Positions 47,562 through 56,552 are shown, counted from the stretch's first letter. The stretch: 64,000 nucleotides of DNA from an uncultured Sphingomonas sp. (GCF_964244235.1 NZ_CAXTII010000001.1:2882-66881); one strand, 5' to 3'. A program made the numbers and translations. The notes: a model not told the origin generated them from the sequence alone.

Positions 47562-49094
47562 ATGCGTATCATCGATCATCTGATAGCGGGCCCCGGCCCC
47601 GGCCCCGGCCCCGGCGGCGGCAGCGGCAGCGGCGGCGCGAGCGGGCGTATGGGCGAGGTGTTCGACCCAAACACCGGCCGGGTGCAGGCGAGTGTGACGC
47701 TCGGCACGCAGATCGATCTCGACCGTGCGGTGGCAGCCGCGCAGGCGGCGCAGCCGGCCTGGGCCGCGACGAACCCGCAGCGCCGGGCACGCGTGATGTT
47801 CCGCTTCAAGGAACTGGTCGAGGCCAACATGGACTCGCTGGCGCACCTGCTGTCGTCCGAACATGGCAAGGTGATTGCGGACAGCAAGGGTGACATCCAG
47901 CGCGGGCTGGAGGTCATCGAGTTCTGCTGCGGCATCCCGCACATCCTGAAGGGGGAATATACCCAAGGCGCGGGGCCGGGGATCGACGTGTATTCGATGC
48001 GCCAGCCGCTCGGCATCGGCGCAGGCATCACGCCGTTCAACTTTCCCGGCATGATCCCGCTATGGATGTCGGGCGTCGCGATCGCGACGGGTAACGCATT
48101 CATCCTGAAGCCGAGCGAGCGCGATCCGTCGGTGCCGGTGCGGCTGGGCGAATTGTTTCTGGAAGCGGGACTGCCCGAGGGCATCCTGCAAGTCGTCCAC
48201 GGCGACAAGGAGATGGTCGATGCGATCCTCGACCATCCTGCGATCTCGGCAGTCAGCTTCGTCGGCTCGTCCGACATCGCGCATTATGTCTACCGCCGCG
48301 GCGTCGCGGCGGGGAAGCGCGTGCAGGCTATGGGCGGTGCCAAGAACCACGGCATCGTCATGCCCGACGCGGACCTGGACCAGGTCGTAGCGGACCTGTC
48401 GGGGGCCGCGTTCGGATCGGCGGGGGAGCGCTGCATGGCGCTGCCCGTGGTCGTGCCGGTCGGCGATAAGACCGCCGAGGCATTGCGCGAGAAACTGATC
48501 CCCGCGATCGCGGCGCTCCGGGTCGGCGTATCGACCGATGACGACGCGCATTACGGTCCGGTGGTGAACGCGGCGCACAAGAAGCGGATCGAGGACTGGA
48601 TCCGGACCGGGGTGGACGAGGGGGCCGAGCTGGTGGTCGACGGCCGCGGGTTCAGCTTGCAGGGGCATGAGGAGGGGTTCTTCGTCGGCCCCAGCCTGTT
48701 CGATCACGTCACGCCCGACATGAGCGCGTACAAGGAGGAGATATTCGGCCCCGTCCTGCAGATCGTCCGCGCCCCCGATTTCGAGACCGCGGTGAAGCTG
48801 CCGGGCGATCACCAATATGGCAACGGCGTCGCCATCTTCACCCGCAACGGCCACGCCGCGCGCGAATTCGCGGCGCGGGTGAATGTCGGCATGGTCGGGA
48901 TCAACGTGCCGATCCCGGTACCGGTGGCGTATCACAGTTTCGGCGGGTGGAAGCGCTCTGCGTTCGGCGACACCAACCAGCACGGGATGGAAGGCGTGAA
49001 GTTCTGGACCAAGGTGAAGACCGTCACCCAGCGCTGGCCCGATGGCGGGGTAGGGCATGGCGGCAACGCATTCGTCATTCCGACGATGGGGTGA
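47562..49094 (+). CDS. mmsA: CoA-acylating methylmalonate-semialdehyde dehydrogenase
   Basis: 510 aa with FNFPGMIPLW, FVGSSDIAHYVY, the catalytic Cys in GERCMAL, and FGGWKRS. Confidence 0.95.
   Translation: MRIIDHLIAGPGPGPGPGGGSGSGGASGRMGEVFDPNTGRVQASVTLGTQIDLDRAVAAAQAAQPAWAATNPQRRARVMFRFKELVEANMDSLAHLLSSEHGKVIADSKGDIQRGLEVIEFCCGIPHILKGEYTQGAGPGIDVYSMRQPLGIGAGITPFNFPGMIPLWMSGVAIATGNAFILKPSERDPSVPVRLGELFLEAGLPEGILQVVHGDKEMVDAILDHPAISAVSFVGSSDIAHYVYRRGVAAGKRVQAMGGAKNHGIVMPDADLDQVVADLSGAAFGSAGERCMALPVVVPVGDKTAEALREKLIPAIAALRVGVSTDDDAHYGPVVNAAHKKRIEDWIRTGVDEGAELVVDGRGFSLQGHEEGFFVGPSLFDHVTPDMSAYKEEIFGPVLQIVRAPDFETAVKLPGDHQYGNGVAIFTRNGHAAREFAARVNVGMVGINVPIPVPVAYHSFGGWKRSAFGDTNQHGMEGVKFWTKVKTVTQRWPDGGVGHGGNAFVIPTMG
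47589..47636. repeat. (GGCCCC)4 followed by a GGC/GGCAGC tract, in frame near the mmsA 5' end
   Basis: Direct reading gives ggcccc four times, then ggcggcggcagcggcagcggcggc. It encodes GPGPGPGPGGGSGSGG between IDHLIA and ASGRMGEVFDPNTG. Confidence 0.92.
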
Positions 49095-49099
49095 GCGTG

Positions 49100-49510
49100 A
49101 TGAGTGTGCCGATGCGGCGCGGATTGGCCTGTTCGATCGCCTTGCTTTGGCTGTTATCGCTGGTGCTGCCCGCGCTCAGGATCAACGATTCTGACAATCC
49201 TGGTTATGTATACCTGTTATGGGGAGTACTCGGGCTTCTGCTCGGTTATGTGGAATGGTTGGCAAACCCGCTCGTGGTCGCGGCCGTCATCGTGCTTTGG
49301 CTCGACGACACGCCGCGGATCATCCGGAGGATAATGGCAATTTCGCTAACGTTCTTGGTCATGTTGAGCTTGTCGCGGCATGGCCTGCCTACCGACGAGG
49401 GTGGGATGCCACGTATGATCGAGGGCCGGCTTGTCGGTTATGGCGCGTGGCTTGGCAGCATTCTTCTAGCTGGACTGGGGCTTTTTCCTTGGCGGGCGCA
49501 AAACAGATGA
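49100..49510 (+). CDS. 136-aa polytopic membrane protein of atypical composition (hypothetical)
   Basis: MSVPMRRGLACSIALLWLLSLVLPAL... with about 4 hydrophobic helices. One 60-nt line I counted is 47% G+C, and many codons end in A/T. Its stop overlaps the acyl-CoA dehydrogenase ATG (ATGA). Confidence 0.55.
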   Translation: MSVPMRRGLACSIALLWLLSLVLPALRINDSDNPGYVYLLWGVLGLLLGYVEWLANPLVVAAVIVLWLDDTPRIIRRIMAISLTFLVMLSLSRHGLPTDEGGMPRMIEGRLVGYGAWLGSILLAGLGLFPWRAQNR

Positions 49511-50652
49511 CCGGCCAGTTCGACCTCACCGACGACCAGCGCGAGATCCAGGACCTCGCGCGCCGTTTCACCGCCGACCGGATCACACCGAACGCGGGCG
49601 AATGGGACGAGAAACACATCTTCCCGCGCGAGACGATCAAGGCAGCGGCCGAACTCGGTTTCGCGTCGATCTACGTCAGCGAAGAATCGGGCGGCATCGC
49701 GCTTGGCCGGCTGGAGGCGGCGCTGATCATGGAGGCGATGGCCTATGGCTGTCCCTCGACCAGCGCGTTCATCTCGATCCACAATATGGCGGCGTGGATG
49801 ATCGACCGGTTCGGCAACCAGGGGGTGAAGGACAAGTATCTGCCGTCGCTCGTCGGGATGGACCGGATCGCCAGCTATTGCCTGACCGAGCCGTCCTCGG
49901 GTTCCGATGCGTCGGCGCTGAAGACGCGCGCGGCGCGGGACGGCGACGACTGGGTAGTGACGGGCACCAAGCAGTTCATCTCCGGCGCCGGCGAGAACGA
50001 GGTGTATGTGACGATGGTCCGCACCGGCGAGGATGGCCCCAAGGGCATCTCCGCGCTGGTGATCGAGAAGGACATGCCCGGCGTGTCGTTCGGCGCGAAC
50101 GAACGCAAGCTCGGCTGGCATTCGCAGCCGACGCGGCAGGTGATCTTCGACGGCGTGCGCGTGCCCGCCGCGAACATGGTCGGCGGCGAGGGCGAGGGGT
50201 TCCGGATCGCGATGATGGGGCTGGACGGCGGGCGGCTCAACATCGGCGCGTGTTCGCTGGGCGGCGCACAGCGCTGTCTGGACGAAGCGATCGCCTATAC
50301 AAGCGACCGGCAGCAGTTCGGCAAGCCGATCGTTGATTTTCAGAACACGCAGTTCATGCTGGCGGACATGGCGACCGAGCTGGAGGCGGCGCGCGCGCTG
50401 CTCTACGTCGCCGCCGCGAAGGTGACCGCGAACGCACCCGACAAGACGAAGTTCGCCGCGATGGCGAAGCGGCTGGCGACGGATACCGGATCGTCGGTGG
50501 CCGACCGTGCGCTGCAGCTGTTCGGCGGCTATGGCTATCTGATGGATTACCCGATCGAACGCTTCTGGCGAGACCTGCGCGTGCATTCGATCCTGGAGGG
50601 GACGAACCAGGTGATGCGGATGATCGTCGGGCGGGAGCTGACTCGGCAGTGA
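49507..50652 (+). CDS. Acyl-CoA dehydrogenase (isobutyryl-CoA dehydrogenase type)
   Basis: MTGQFDLTDDQREIQDLARRF...YCLTEPSSGSDA...ILEGTNQVMRMIV. The track ORF starts upstream at 49219. Confidence 0.9.
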   Translation: MTGQFDLTDDQREIQDLARRFTADRITPNAGEWDEKHIFPRETIKAAAELGFASIYVSEESGGIALGRLEAALIMEAMAYGCPSTSAFISIHNMAAWMIDRFGNQGVKDKYLPSLVGMDRIASYCLTEPSSGSDASALKTRAARDGDDWVVTGTKQFISGAGENEVYVTMVRTGEDGPKGISALVIEKDMPGVSFGANERKLGWHSQPTRQVIFDGVRVPAANMVGGEGEGFRIAMMGLDGGRLNIGACSLGGAQRCLDEAIAYTSDRQQFGKPIVDFQNTQFMLADMATELEAARALLYVAAAKVTANAPDKTKFAAMAKRLATDTGSSVADRALQLFGGYGYLMDYPIERFWRDLRVHSILEGTNQVMRMIVGRELTRQ

Positions 50653-50857
50653 GGGGGACGCTTCTTCTTCCCTCTCCCGCCGGGAGCATCGGGTCGGCCA
50701 TGCCCCCAGCATCGGGTGAATGGCGCGGGGCGCCATTCACCCGATGCTGGGCAAGCCGCGAAGCGGCGCGGGGTGAGGGCGAGCCGCAGCGCTTGCGTCG
50801 CCCTCACCCTTCCGCAGCCTTCGGCTGCTCCCTCCCTCTCCCGCAGGGAGAGGGAAT
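50653..50857. repeat. Cluster of REP-like palindromes in the operon spacer
   Basis: There is a 22-bp perfect stem at 50705..50751 (core CAGCATCGGGTGAATGGCGC / GCGCCATTCACCCGATGCTG). There is also GGTGAGGGCGA...TCGCCCTCACC, CTCCCGCCGGGAG, and CCCTCTCCC-GCA-GGGAGAGGG (50834..50854) ending 3 nt before the next start codon. Confidence 0.85.
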
Positions 50858-51898
50858 TTGACCGACGTCCTGACCACCATCGAAGGCCGGATCGGCCGCA
50901 TCCGGCTGAACCGGCCCAAGGCGCTCCACGCGCTGAACCTGCCGATGTGCGCGGGCATCCTCGATGCGCTGAACGCCTGGCGGACAGACCCTGCCGTCGA
51001 AATCGTTCTGATCGACCACGCCGAGGGCCGCGGCTTCTGCGCGGGCGGTGATATCCGCATGCTCGCGGACAGCGGCGCGAAGGACGGGGTCGATGCGCGC
51101 GCGTTCTTTCACGCCGAGTACCGGATGAACCACGCGCTGTTCACCTATGCCAAGCCTACGGTCGCGGTCATGGACGGGATCACCATGGGCGGCGGCGTCG
51201 GGCTGGCGTTGCCGTGCGACTATCGGATCGCGACGGAGAATACGAAGTTCGCCATGCCGGAAACCGGGATCGGGTTGTTCCCCGATGTCGGCGGCGGCTG
51301 GTACCTGTCGCGGCTGCCGGGGCGGATGGGGCAGTATCTCGCGCTGACCGGGCACCGCATCGATGGTGCGGACTGCTTGGCGCTTGGCTTGGCGACCCAT
51401 TACCTGACAAGTGCCCGACTGGATGGTGTGAAGGACTGGATCACAGAACGCCCGCAAGAGATTGCGCTCGTCCTCGAAGGGTCATCGGACGTGCCCGACG
51501 ATGGTGAAGTCATGCAACATTGCAAAGAGATCGACCGGCTGTTCGCCAGCGACCGGTTGGAGGATATCTATGCCGCGCTCGCGGCCGATCCGGACGAATG
51601 GGCGACGAAGACGCTCGCCACGCTCAAGACCAAGTCGCCGCAGACGATGAAGGTCAGCCTGAAGCTCCTGCTCGACGGCCGCGCGATGGCGACGTTCGAG
51701 GACGAGATGCGCCAGGAATATGCGGTCGGCGCGCGCGTGGTGCAGCGGCATGATTTTCTGGAGGGCGTGCGCGCGGTGATCGTCGACAAGGACAATGCGC
51801 CGCGCTGGAATCCGGATACGCCTGAGGGTGTAACCGACCATGTGATCGACCAAATCTTTGCGCCGATGCCCGATACGGAAGCGTGGACGCCAAGTTGA
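50858..51898 (+). CDS. 3-hydroxyisobutyryl-CoA hydrolase (crotonase superfamily)
   Basis: 346 aa with a TTG start. [21 protein letters not shown] and the long C-terminal extension are typical of HIBCH. Confidence 0.88.
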   Translation: MTDVLTTIEGRIGRIRLNRPKALHALNLPMCAGILDALNAWRTDPAVEIVLIDHAEGRGFCAGGDIRMLADSGAKDGVDARAFFHAEYRMNHALFTYAKPTVAVMDGITMGGGVGLALPCDYRIATENTKFAMPETGIGLFPDVGGGWYLSRLPGRMGQYLALTGHRIDGADCLALGLATHYLTSARLDGVKDWITERPQEIALVLEGSSDVPDDGEVMQHCKEIDRLFASDRLEDIYAALAADPDEWATKTLATLKTKSPQTMKVSLKLLLDGRAMATFEDEMRQEYAVGARVVQRHDFLEGVRAVIVDKDNAPRWNPDTPEGVTDHVIDQIFAPMPDTEAWTPS

Positions 51899-51904
51899 AT
51901 TGTT

Positions 51905-51952
51905 CTCCCGCGAAGGCGGGAGCCCAGTCTGGGTCCCCGTCTTCGCGGGGAC
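51905..51952. repeat. Two short GC hairpins in the operon spacer
   Basis: CTCCCGC-GAAG-GCGGGAG (51905..51922) and GTCCCCG-loop-CGGGGAC (51933..51952). Confidence 0.8.
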
Positions 51953-51965
51953 ACAAGGAGAGCCG

Positions 51966-52742
51966 ATGCCCACCTACGAAACCATCCTCGTCGAACAGCG
52001 CGACCGCGTGACGCTGGTCACGCTCAACCGCCCGCAGGCGCTCAACGCCCTGAACAGCCAGGTCCTGGCCGACCTGCTCGCCGCCTTCGCCGCATTCGAT
52101 GCGGACCCCGCGCAGGGCTGCGCGGTGCTGACGGGCAGCACGAAGGCGTTTGCGGCGGGCGCGGACATCAAGGAGATGCAGGCGCGGGGGTTCGCCGAAA
52201 TGTACGGCGCGGATTTCTTTGCCGGATGGGACCGGTTCGCGAAGACGCGCAAGCCCGTCATCGCCGCGGTCGCGGGCTATGCGCTTGGCGGCGGGTGCGA
52301 GCTGGCGATGATGTGCGACTTCATCCTGGCAGCGGATACCGCGAAGTTCGGCCAGCCCGAGATCAAGCTGGCGGTCGCCCCCGGCATGGGCGGATCGCAG
52401 CGGCTGACCCGCGCGGTCGGCAAGGCGAAGGCAATGGAGATGTGCCTGACCGGCCGGATGATGGACGCCGCCGAGGCCGAACGCGCCGGGCTGGTCAGCC
52501 GCATTGTCCCCGCCGACGATCTGGTCGATGAGGCGGTGAAGACCGCCGCCACTATCGCCGGCATGGCCCCGCTCGCGGTGCTGGCGAACAAGGAAATGGT
52601 GACGGCGGCGTTCGAGACGGGTCTGGCGATGGGCGTGCAGTTCGAGCGGCGGCTGTTCCACGGGCTGTTCGGGAGTGCGGACCAGGGCGAGGGGATGGCG
52701 GCGTTCGTGGAGAAGCGCGCTGGGGTGTGGACGGGGAAGTAA
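51966..52742 (+). CDS. Enoyl-CoA hydratase
   Basis: [39 protein letters not shown] and [19 protein letters not shown] lies upstream. Confidence 0.9.
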   Translation: MPTYETILVEQRDRVTLVTLNRPQALNALNSQVLADLLAAFAAFDADPAQGCAVLTGSTKAFAAGADIKEMQARGFAEMYGADFFAGWDRFAKTRKPVIAAVAGYALGGGCELAMMCDFILAADTAKFGQPEIKLAVAPGMGGSQRLTRAVGKAKAMEMCLTGRMMDAAEAERAGLVSRIVPADDLVDEAVKTAATIAGMAPLAVLANKEMVTAAFETGLAMGVQFERRLFHGLFGSADQGEGMAAFVEKRAGVWTGK

Positions 52743-52748
52743 GGTAGC

Positions 52749-52889
52749 GCCCCCTCCCGTTTACGGGAGGGGGCTGGGGGGTGGGCGCTCGCTATCGGCA
52801 AGCGGCACGGGTGGAAAGGCGCTTCGGCCAGCGTCCCCACCCGCGGTGAGCGAGCGCCTACCCCCGACCCCTCCAGCAAGCGGGAGGGG
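52749..52889. repeat. REP-like palindromes in the operon spacer
   Basis: GCCCCCTCCCG-TTTA-CGGGAGGGGGC (52749..52774), a distant pair GGGCGCTCGCT...AGCGAGCGCC, and CCCCTCC-N8-GGAGGGG (52868..52889). Confidence 0.8.
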
Positions 52890-52907
52890 AGAAAAAAGGA
52901 GAGAGAT

Positions 52908-53786
52908 ATGGCACGCGTCGGTTTCATCGGTCTGGGCAATATGGGCGGCGGGATGGCCGCGAATCTGGCGAAGAAAGGGCACGATGTCCGCGCGTTCGAC
53001 CTGTCGGCGGAGGCGCTCGACAAGGCGGAGGCGGCGGGGTGCTTGTCCGTCGCCAGCGCCACCGAGGCGGCGGATGGGGCGGAAGCCGTCGTCACGATGC
53101 TGCCCGCGGGCACGCATGTCGAACAGGTCTATACCGACAGCGTCTTCGGTATCGCCAGGCCGTCCGCGATCCTGATCGATTGTTCGACGATCGACGTCGC
53201 CACCGCAAAGCGCGTCGCCGAAGCGGCGCGGACCAAGGGGCTGACCGCGGTCGATGCTCCCGTATCGGGCGGGATCGGTGCAGCAGCGGCGGGGACGCTG
53301 ACCTTCATGGTCGGCGGCAGCAACGACGGGTTCGACCGCGCCGAGCCCTACCTCGCCGACATGGGCAAGGCGGTGATCCATGCCGGGCTGAGCGGTGCGG
53401 GGCAGGCGGCGAAGATCTGCAACAACATGCTGCTCGGTGCGACGATGGTCGCGACATGCGAGGCGTTCCTGCTGGCGCAGAAACTCGGGCTCGATCCGCA
53501 GAAATTCTACGATATCTCCAGCGTCTCGTCCGGGCAGAGCTGGTCGATGACCAGCTATGCGCCATTGCCGGGCATCGGGCCGGATACGCCCGCGGACCAC
53601 GACTATCAGGGCGGCTTCGCGGCGGCGCTGATGCTGAAGGACCTGCGGCTTGCGATGGCGGCGGCGAAGGACGCAGGCTTCGCCGCGCCGATTGGGGAGC
53701 GCGCGACCGAATTGTACGAGGCGTTCGCCGCGACGGGGAAAGGCGGCACCGATTTTTCGGGGATCATCCGGATGCTGGGGGCGTGA
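52908..53786 (+). CDS. mmsB: 3-hydroxyisobutyrate dehydrogenase
   Basis: MARVGFIGLGNMGGGMAANL is a Rossmann motif, and GSGQAAKICNNML is present. Confidence 0.92.
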   Translation: MARVGFIGLGNMGGGMAANLAKKGHDVRAFDLSAEALDKAEAAGCLSVASATEAADGAEAVVTMLPAGTHVEQVYTDSVFGIARPSAILIDCSTIDVATAKRVAEAARTKGLTAVDAPVSGGIGAAAAGTLTFMVGGSNDGFDRAEPYLADMGKAVIHAGLSGAGQAAKICNNMLLGATMVATCEAFLLAQKLGLDPQKFYDISSVSSGQSWSMTSYAPLPGIGPDTPADHDYQGGFAAALMLKDLRLAMAAAKDAGFAAPIGERATELYEAFAATGKGGTDFSGIIRMLGA

Positions 53787-53981
53787 CTTTCTTCCGTCCC
53801 ACCCCCTCGCCGGCGAAGGCCCGGTGGTTAAGATAACTTCGATTTGGACGACACTTTCTATCGATTGACGGATTGGGCGAGCGCCTGGCCCCTTACATAC
53901 TGTTTGTAAATATTCCCATGTCAGAGTCCTGAGGTACGCCCAGGATACGCCATATGAAAGGTCTATAGCATGTCGGGATAG

Positions 53982-54212
53982 ATTGCCTCTGATCCAAAAT
54001 GGAAAGAGCAGCCTTCGTCTAAAACGGTCTATAAGCCATGCCCGCGCTGTCACAACAACGTGGGCTTTAGAGCGGTATATGATAGGGAAGGTATCGTATT
54101 ATGCGGCTTTATAAACGTTTTTCCTACTAAGACGTATTATGCTTTGAAATGTCCAATATGTATTCATTACGAGCCGATTACATCCTCCATGGCTAGGAGA
54201 TTACGTTCATGA
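53982..54212 (+). pseudogene. Zinc-ribbon ORF A (paralogue of ORF B) lacking a canonical start
   Basis: The open frame reads ...KTVYKPCPRCHNNVGFRAVYDREGIVLCGFINVFPTKTYYALKCPICIHYEP...*. No ATG, GTG or TTG precedes the first CxxC. A short ORF MERAAFV* (53998..54021) lies one frame away. The TGA overlaps the ATG of ORF B. Confidence 0.4.
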
Positions 54213-54565
54213 TGTATACGGAGCAGGGATATATAACTTTAGGTATTGGACGCATAAGGAATTGCACCCATTGTGGAAACAATCACAGAGAGGTTGTGAA
54301 AAGAAAATATCTTAAACAGGATGTATTTTATATTCCTACTCTCAGATTACGTGGCGAAATTCTGTTTCTCTGTAATATCTGCAACTGGGGGTATAAATCA
54401 AGTGCTAAGGATGTAATCTCTATGTTGCCTGCAACCTTTTGGGATGGTCGCGCTAATACAAAGGTTTGGTTTGAAAGAAACAATGCGCAACAAAAGCGCG
54501 CCATCGTCGCTGAGCTCAAAAAACTAGATCTTCATGCCATGATTGATTATCTAAAGTCGGCGTGA
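54209..54565 (+). CDS. 118-aa zinc-ribbon protein (zinc_ribbon_15-like N-domain plus helical C-domain), function unknown
   Basis: MMYTEQGYITLGIGRIRNCTHCGNNHREVVKRKYLKQDVFYIPTLRLRGEILFLCNICNWGY... An AGGAG lies about 9 nt upstream of the ATG. The pattern is CxxC...FYIP...CxxC. Confidence 0.6.
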   Translation: MMYTEQGYITLGIGRIRNCTHCGNNHREVVKRKYLKQDVFYIPTLRLRGEILFLCNICNWGYKSSAKDVISMLPATFWDGRANTKVWFERNNAQQKRAIVAELKKLDLHAMIDYLKSA

Positions 54566-54752
54566 GGAGCATATGCTTTTAAGTGTATCTATAGAATACT
54601 CTAAGCTACGGCTATCTAAGAATGCGCCGAACTTATAAAATAAGCGACGCGATAAATCTAGATAACTCCGGCGAAAGCCGACATCCCCCATCCTCGCGAA
54701 TAACAAAATCAGCTCCGCTGAACGTATGCACCGCGATCAGCCCGAACAAGGG

Positions 54753-55334
54753 TCAAAAATCCCGCAGGCCTGCGATATTCCCCGGCGGGGAATAGCGGCA
54801 CACGAGATAATCGTCGGTGGCGTTGCTCGCGAGCGCGCAGCCGATTTCGGTCGTCGCACGCCACACGATCTGCGTATAATGCCCGACATCGCCGAACCGC
54901 CCGGTGCGGCTGGAGGCGGGCACCGGCAGGTCGACGACGTCCTCCTTCTCCGCGACCCAATGCCCGACCATCTCGTCATAGGCATAGGCCCCGCGCGTGC
55001 CGGTCCACAGATTCTCGCCCTCGCGACCTGTTCCCTGCGGCTGGTCGGCATGCTGGAAGCGACCGGTCTTCGCGAGCGTGCGGGCATAGGACAGCGCATC
55101 GGCGGCGAGCATGTCGTTCCATATGAGCGGTGATGCGCCGGCCGCGGCGCGCGCGGCGTTCTGGTCGTTCAGCATCGCCTGTCGGAGCAGCCCGGCTCCG
55201 CGCGCGGCCGGCGCATCGCTCGTCCGGCGTTCGATTATGCGCGGCGGCCCGGCCGCGCACCCGGCAAGCACGCCGCCTGCGATCGCGACGGCGGCGGCGA
55301 GCAGACCGAGTTCGCGTGCGTCGCTTCCTGCCAT
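54753..55334 (-). CDS. CAP/SCP/PR-1 domain lipoprotein
   Basis: MAGSDARELGLLAAAVAIAGGVLAGC is a lipobox, and GHYTQIVWRATTEIGCA is the CAP signature. The track ORF 54753..56315 is over-extended as an antisense shadow of hemW. Confidence 0.85.
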   Translation of the reverse strand: MAGSDARELGLLAAAVAIAGGVLAGCAAGPPRIIERRTSDAPAARGAGLLRQAMLNDQNAARAAAGASPLIWNDMLAADALSYARTLAKTGRFQHADQPQGTGREGENLWTGTRGAYAYDEMVGHWVAEKEDVVDLPVPASSRTGRFGDVGHYTQIVWRATTEIGCALASNATDDYLVCRYSPPGNIAGLRDF

Positions 55335-55376
55335 CGCTCTTCCTTCGGCTGCTGCGGAGGGGCATAGCGACCGCGC

Positions 55377-56552
55377 ATGAACCGCAGCCAAACACCATCG
55401 CCGGACAAACCGTTCGCGCTCTATGTGCACTGGCCGTTCTGCGTTTCCAAATGCCCCTATTGCGATTTCAACAGTCACGTCCGCGCCGCGGTGGACCAGG
55501 CGGCGTGGCGTGCGGCATTGCTGGCGGACCTGCGCCACGAGGCGGCGATGCTGCCGGGGCGCACATTGGGGTCGATCTTCTTCGGCGGCGGCACGCCATC
55601 GCTGATGCCGCCCGAGACGGTCGCGGCGGTGATCGACGCCGCGGCGGGGCATTGGCGCATGGCGGGGGATGTCGAGATCACGCTGGAGGCAAATCCGTCC
55701 TCGGTCGAGGCGGCGCGCTTCGCCGATCTGGCGGGTGCGGGGGTCAACCGGGTGTCGCTGGGGCTGCAGTCGCTTGACGACGACGCGCTTCGCTTCCTCG
55801 GGCGGGCACATGGCGTGGACGAAGGGCTGGCCGCGCTCGCAACCGCGCAGACGGCGTTCGCGCGAGTGAGCTTCGACCTGATCTATGCGCTTCCGGGGCA
55901 GCGGTTGGCGGCATGGGAGGCGGAACTGGATCGCGCGCTGTCGTTCGGGACCGAGCATCTGTCGTTGTACCAGTTGACGATCGAACCCGGCACCCGCTTC
56001 GCGACGGAAGCGGCGGCGGGGCGGATCAGGGTCCCGGACGGCGATTCGGCCGCCGATCTGTTCGAGGCGACACGCGCGATGACCGCGGCGGCGGGGCTGC
56101 CTGCATACGAGACCTCGAACCACGCGCGGTCGGGTGCCGAGAGCCGGCATAACCTGACCTATTGGCGCTATGGCGACTATGCCGGTGTCGGGCCGGGCGC
56201 GCATGGCCGGCGGCTGGGCATGGCGACGGTGCGGCGCAGGAAGCCGGAGAACTGGCTGGCCGCGGTGGATCGCAACGGCCACGGCCTGGAAACGGAGGAC
56301 TCGCTGACCCCGCACGACCGCGCGACCGAGGCGCTGCTGATGGGGTTGCGGCTGCGCGAGGGCGTCGATCTGACGCGGATCGCGCGGCTGGCGGGCGGTG
56401 CAGCGCCGGTGGACGCCGCCGGGGTGGCGCGGCTCGCGACCCTCGGGCTCATCGTGTGCGCAGGGGGCTGGCTGCGCGTGACGGAGGCGGGGGCGCTGTT
56501 GCTCGATGCGATCCTGCCGGAGATCGTGATGAGCGCGGAGGTGCTGGTCTAA
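55377..56552 (+). CDS. hemW: Radical SAM heme chaperone HemW
   Basis: LYVHWPFCVSKCPYCDFNS is the CxxxCxxC motif. A HemN_C-like tail is present. Confidence 0.9.
   Translation: MNRSQTPSPDKPFALYVHWPFCVSKCPYCDFNSHVRAAVDQAAWRAALLADLRHEAAMLPGRTLGSIFFGGGTPSLMPPETVAAVIDAAAGHWRMAGDVEITLEANPSSVEAARFADLAGAGVNRVSLGLQSLDDDALRFLGRAHGVDEGLAALATAQTAFARVSFDLIYALPGQRLAAWEAELDRALSFGTEHLSLYQLTIEPGTRFATEAAAGRIRVPDGDSAADLFEATRAMTAAAGLPAYETSNHARSGAESRHNLTYWRYGDYAGVGPGAHGRRLGMATVRRRKPENWLAAVDRNGHGLETEDSLTPHDRATEALLMGLRLREGVDLTRIARLAGGAAPVDAAGVARLATLGLIVCAGGWLRVTEAGALLLDAILPEIVMSAEVLV

Larger units (their letters stand above)
53822..54667. other. AT-rich islet (putative horizontally acquired insert) between convergent mmsB and CAP-domain genes
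   Basis: Two 60-nt lines inside count 30% and 43% G+C, against 65% in a flanking line. It is bounded by the 12-mers CCGGCGAAGGCC (53810..53821) and CCGGCGAAAGCC (54668..54679) and by the 10-mers AGATAACTTC (53831..53840) and AGATAACTCC (54660..54669). Confidence 0.6.

Noticed and set aside
52277-53113. 278-aa minus-strand ORF across the hydratase/mmsB junction
   Set aside because: It runs through the palindromic spacer and antisense to two well-supported genes. It is Ala/Ser/Pro-rich shadow sequence.
53822-54667. Insertion sequence or transposon interpretation of the AT-rich islet
   Set aside because: There is no transposase-sized ORF and no terminal inverted repeats. Only short direct repeats bound it, so I left it as an unclassified insert.
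55335-56315. Upstream extension of the CAP-domain ORF (520-aa call)
   Set aside because: It is antisense to hemW. The CAP protein has its own ATG with a lipoprotein signal at 55334.
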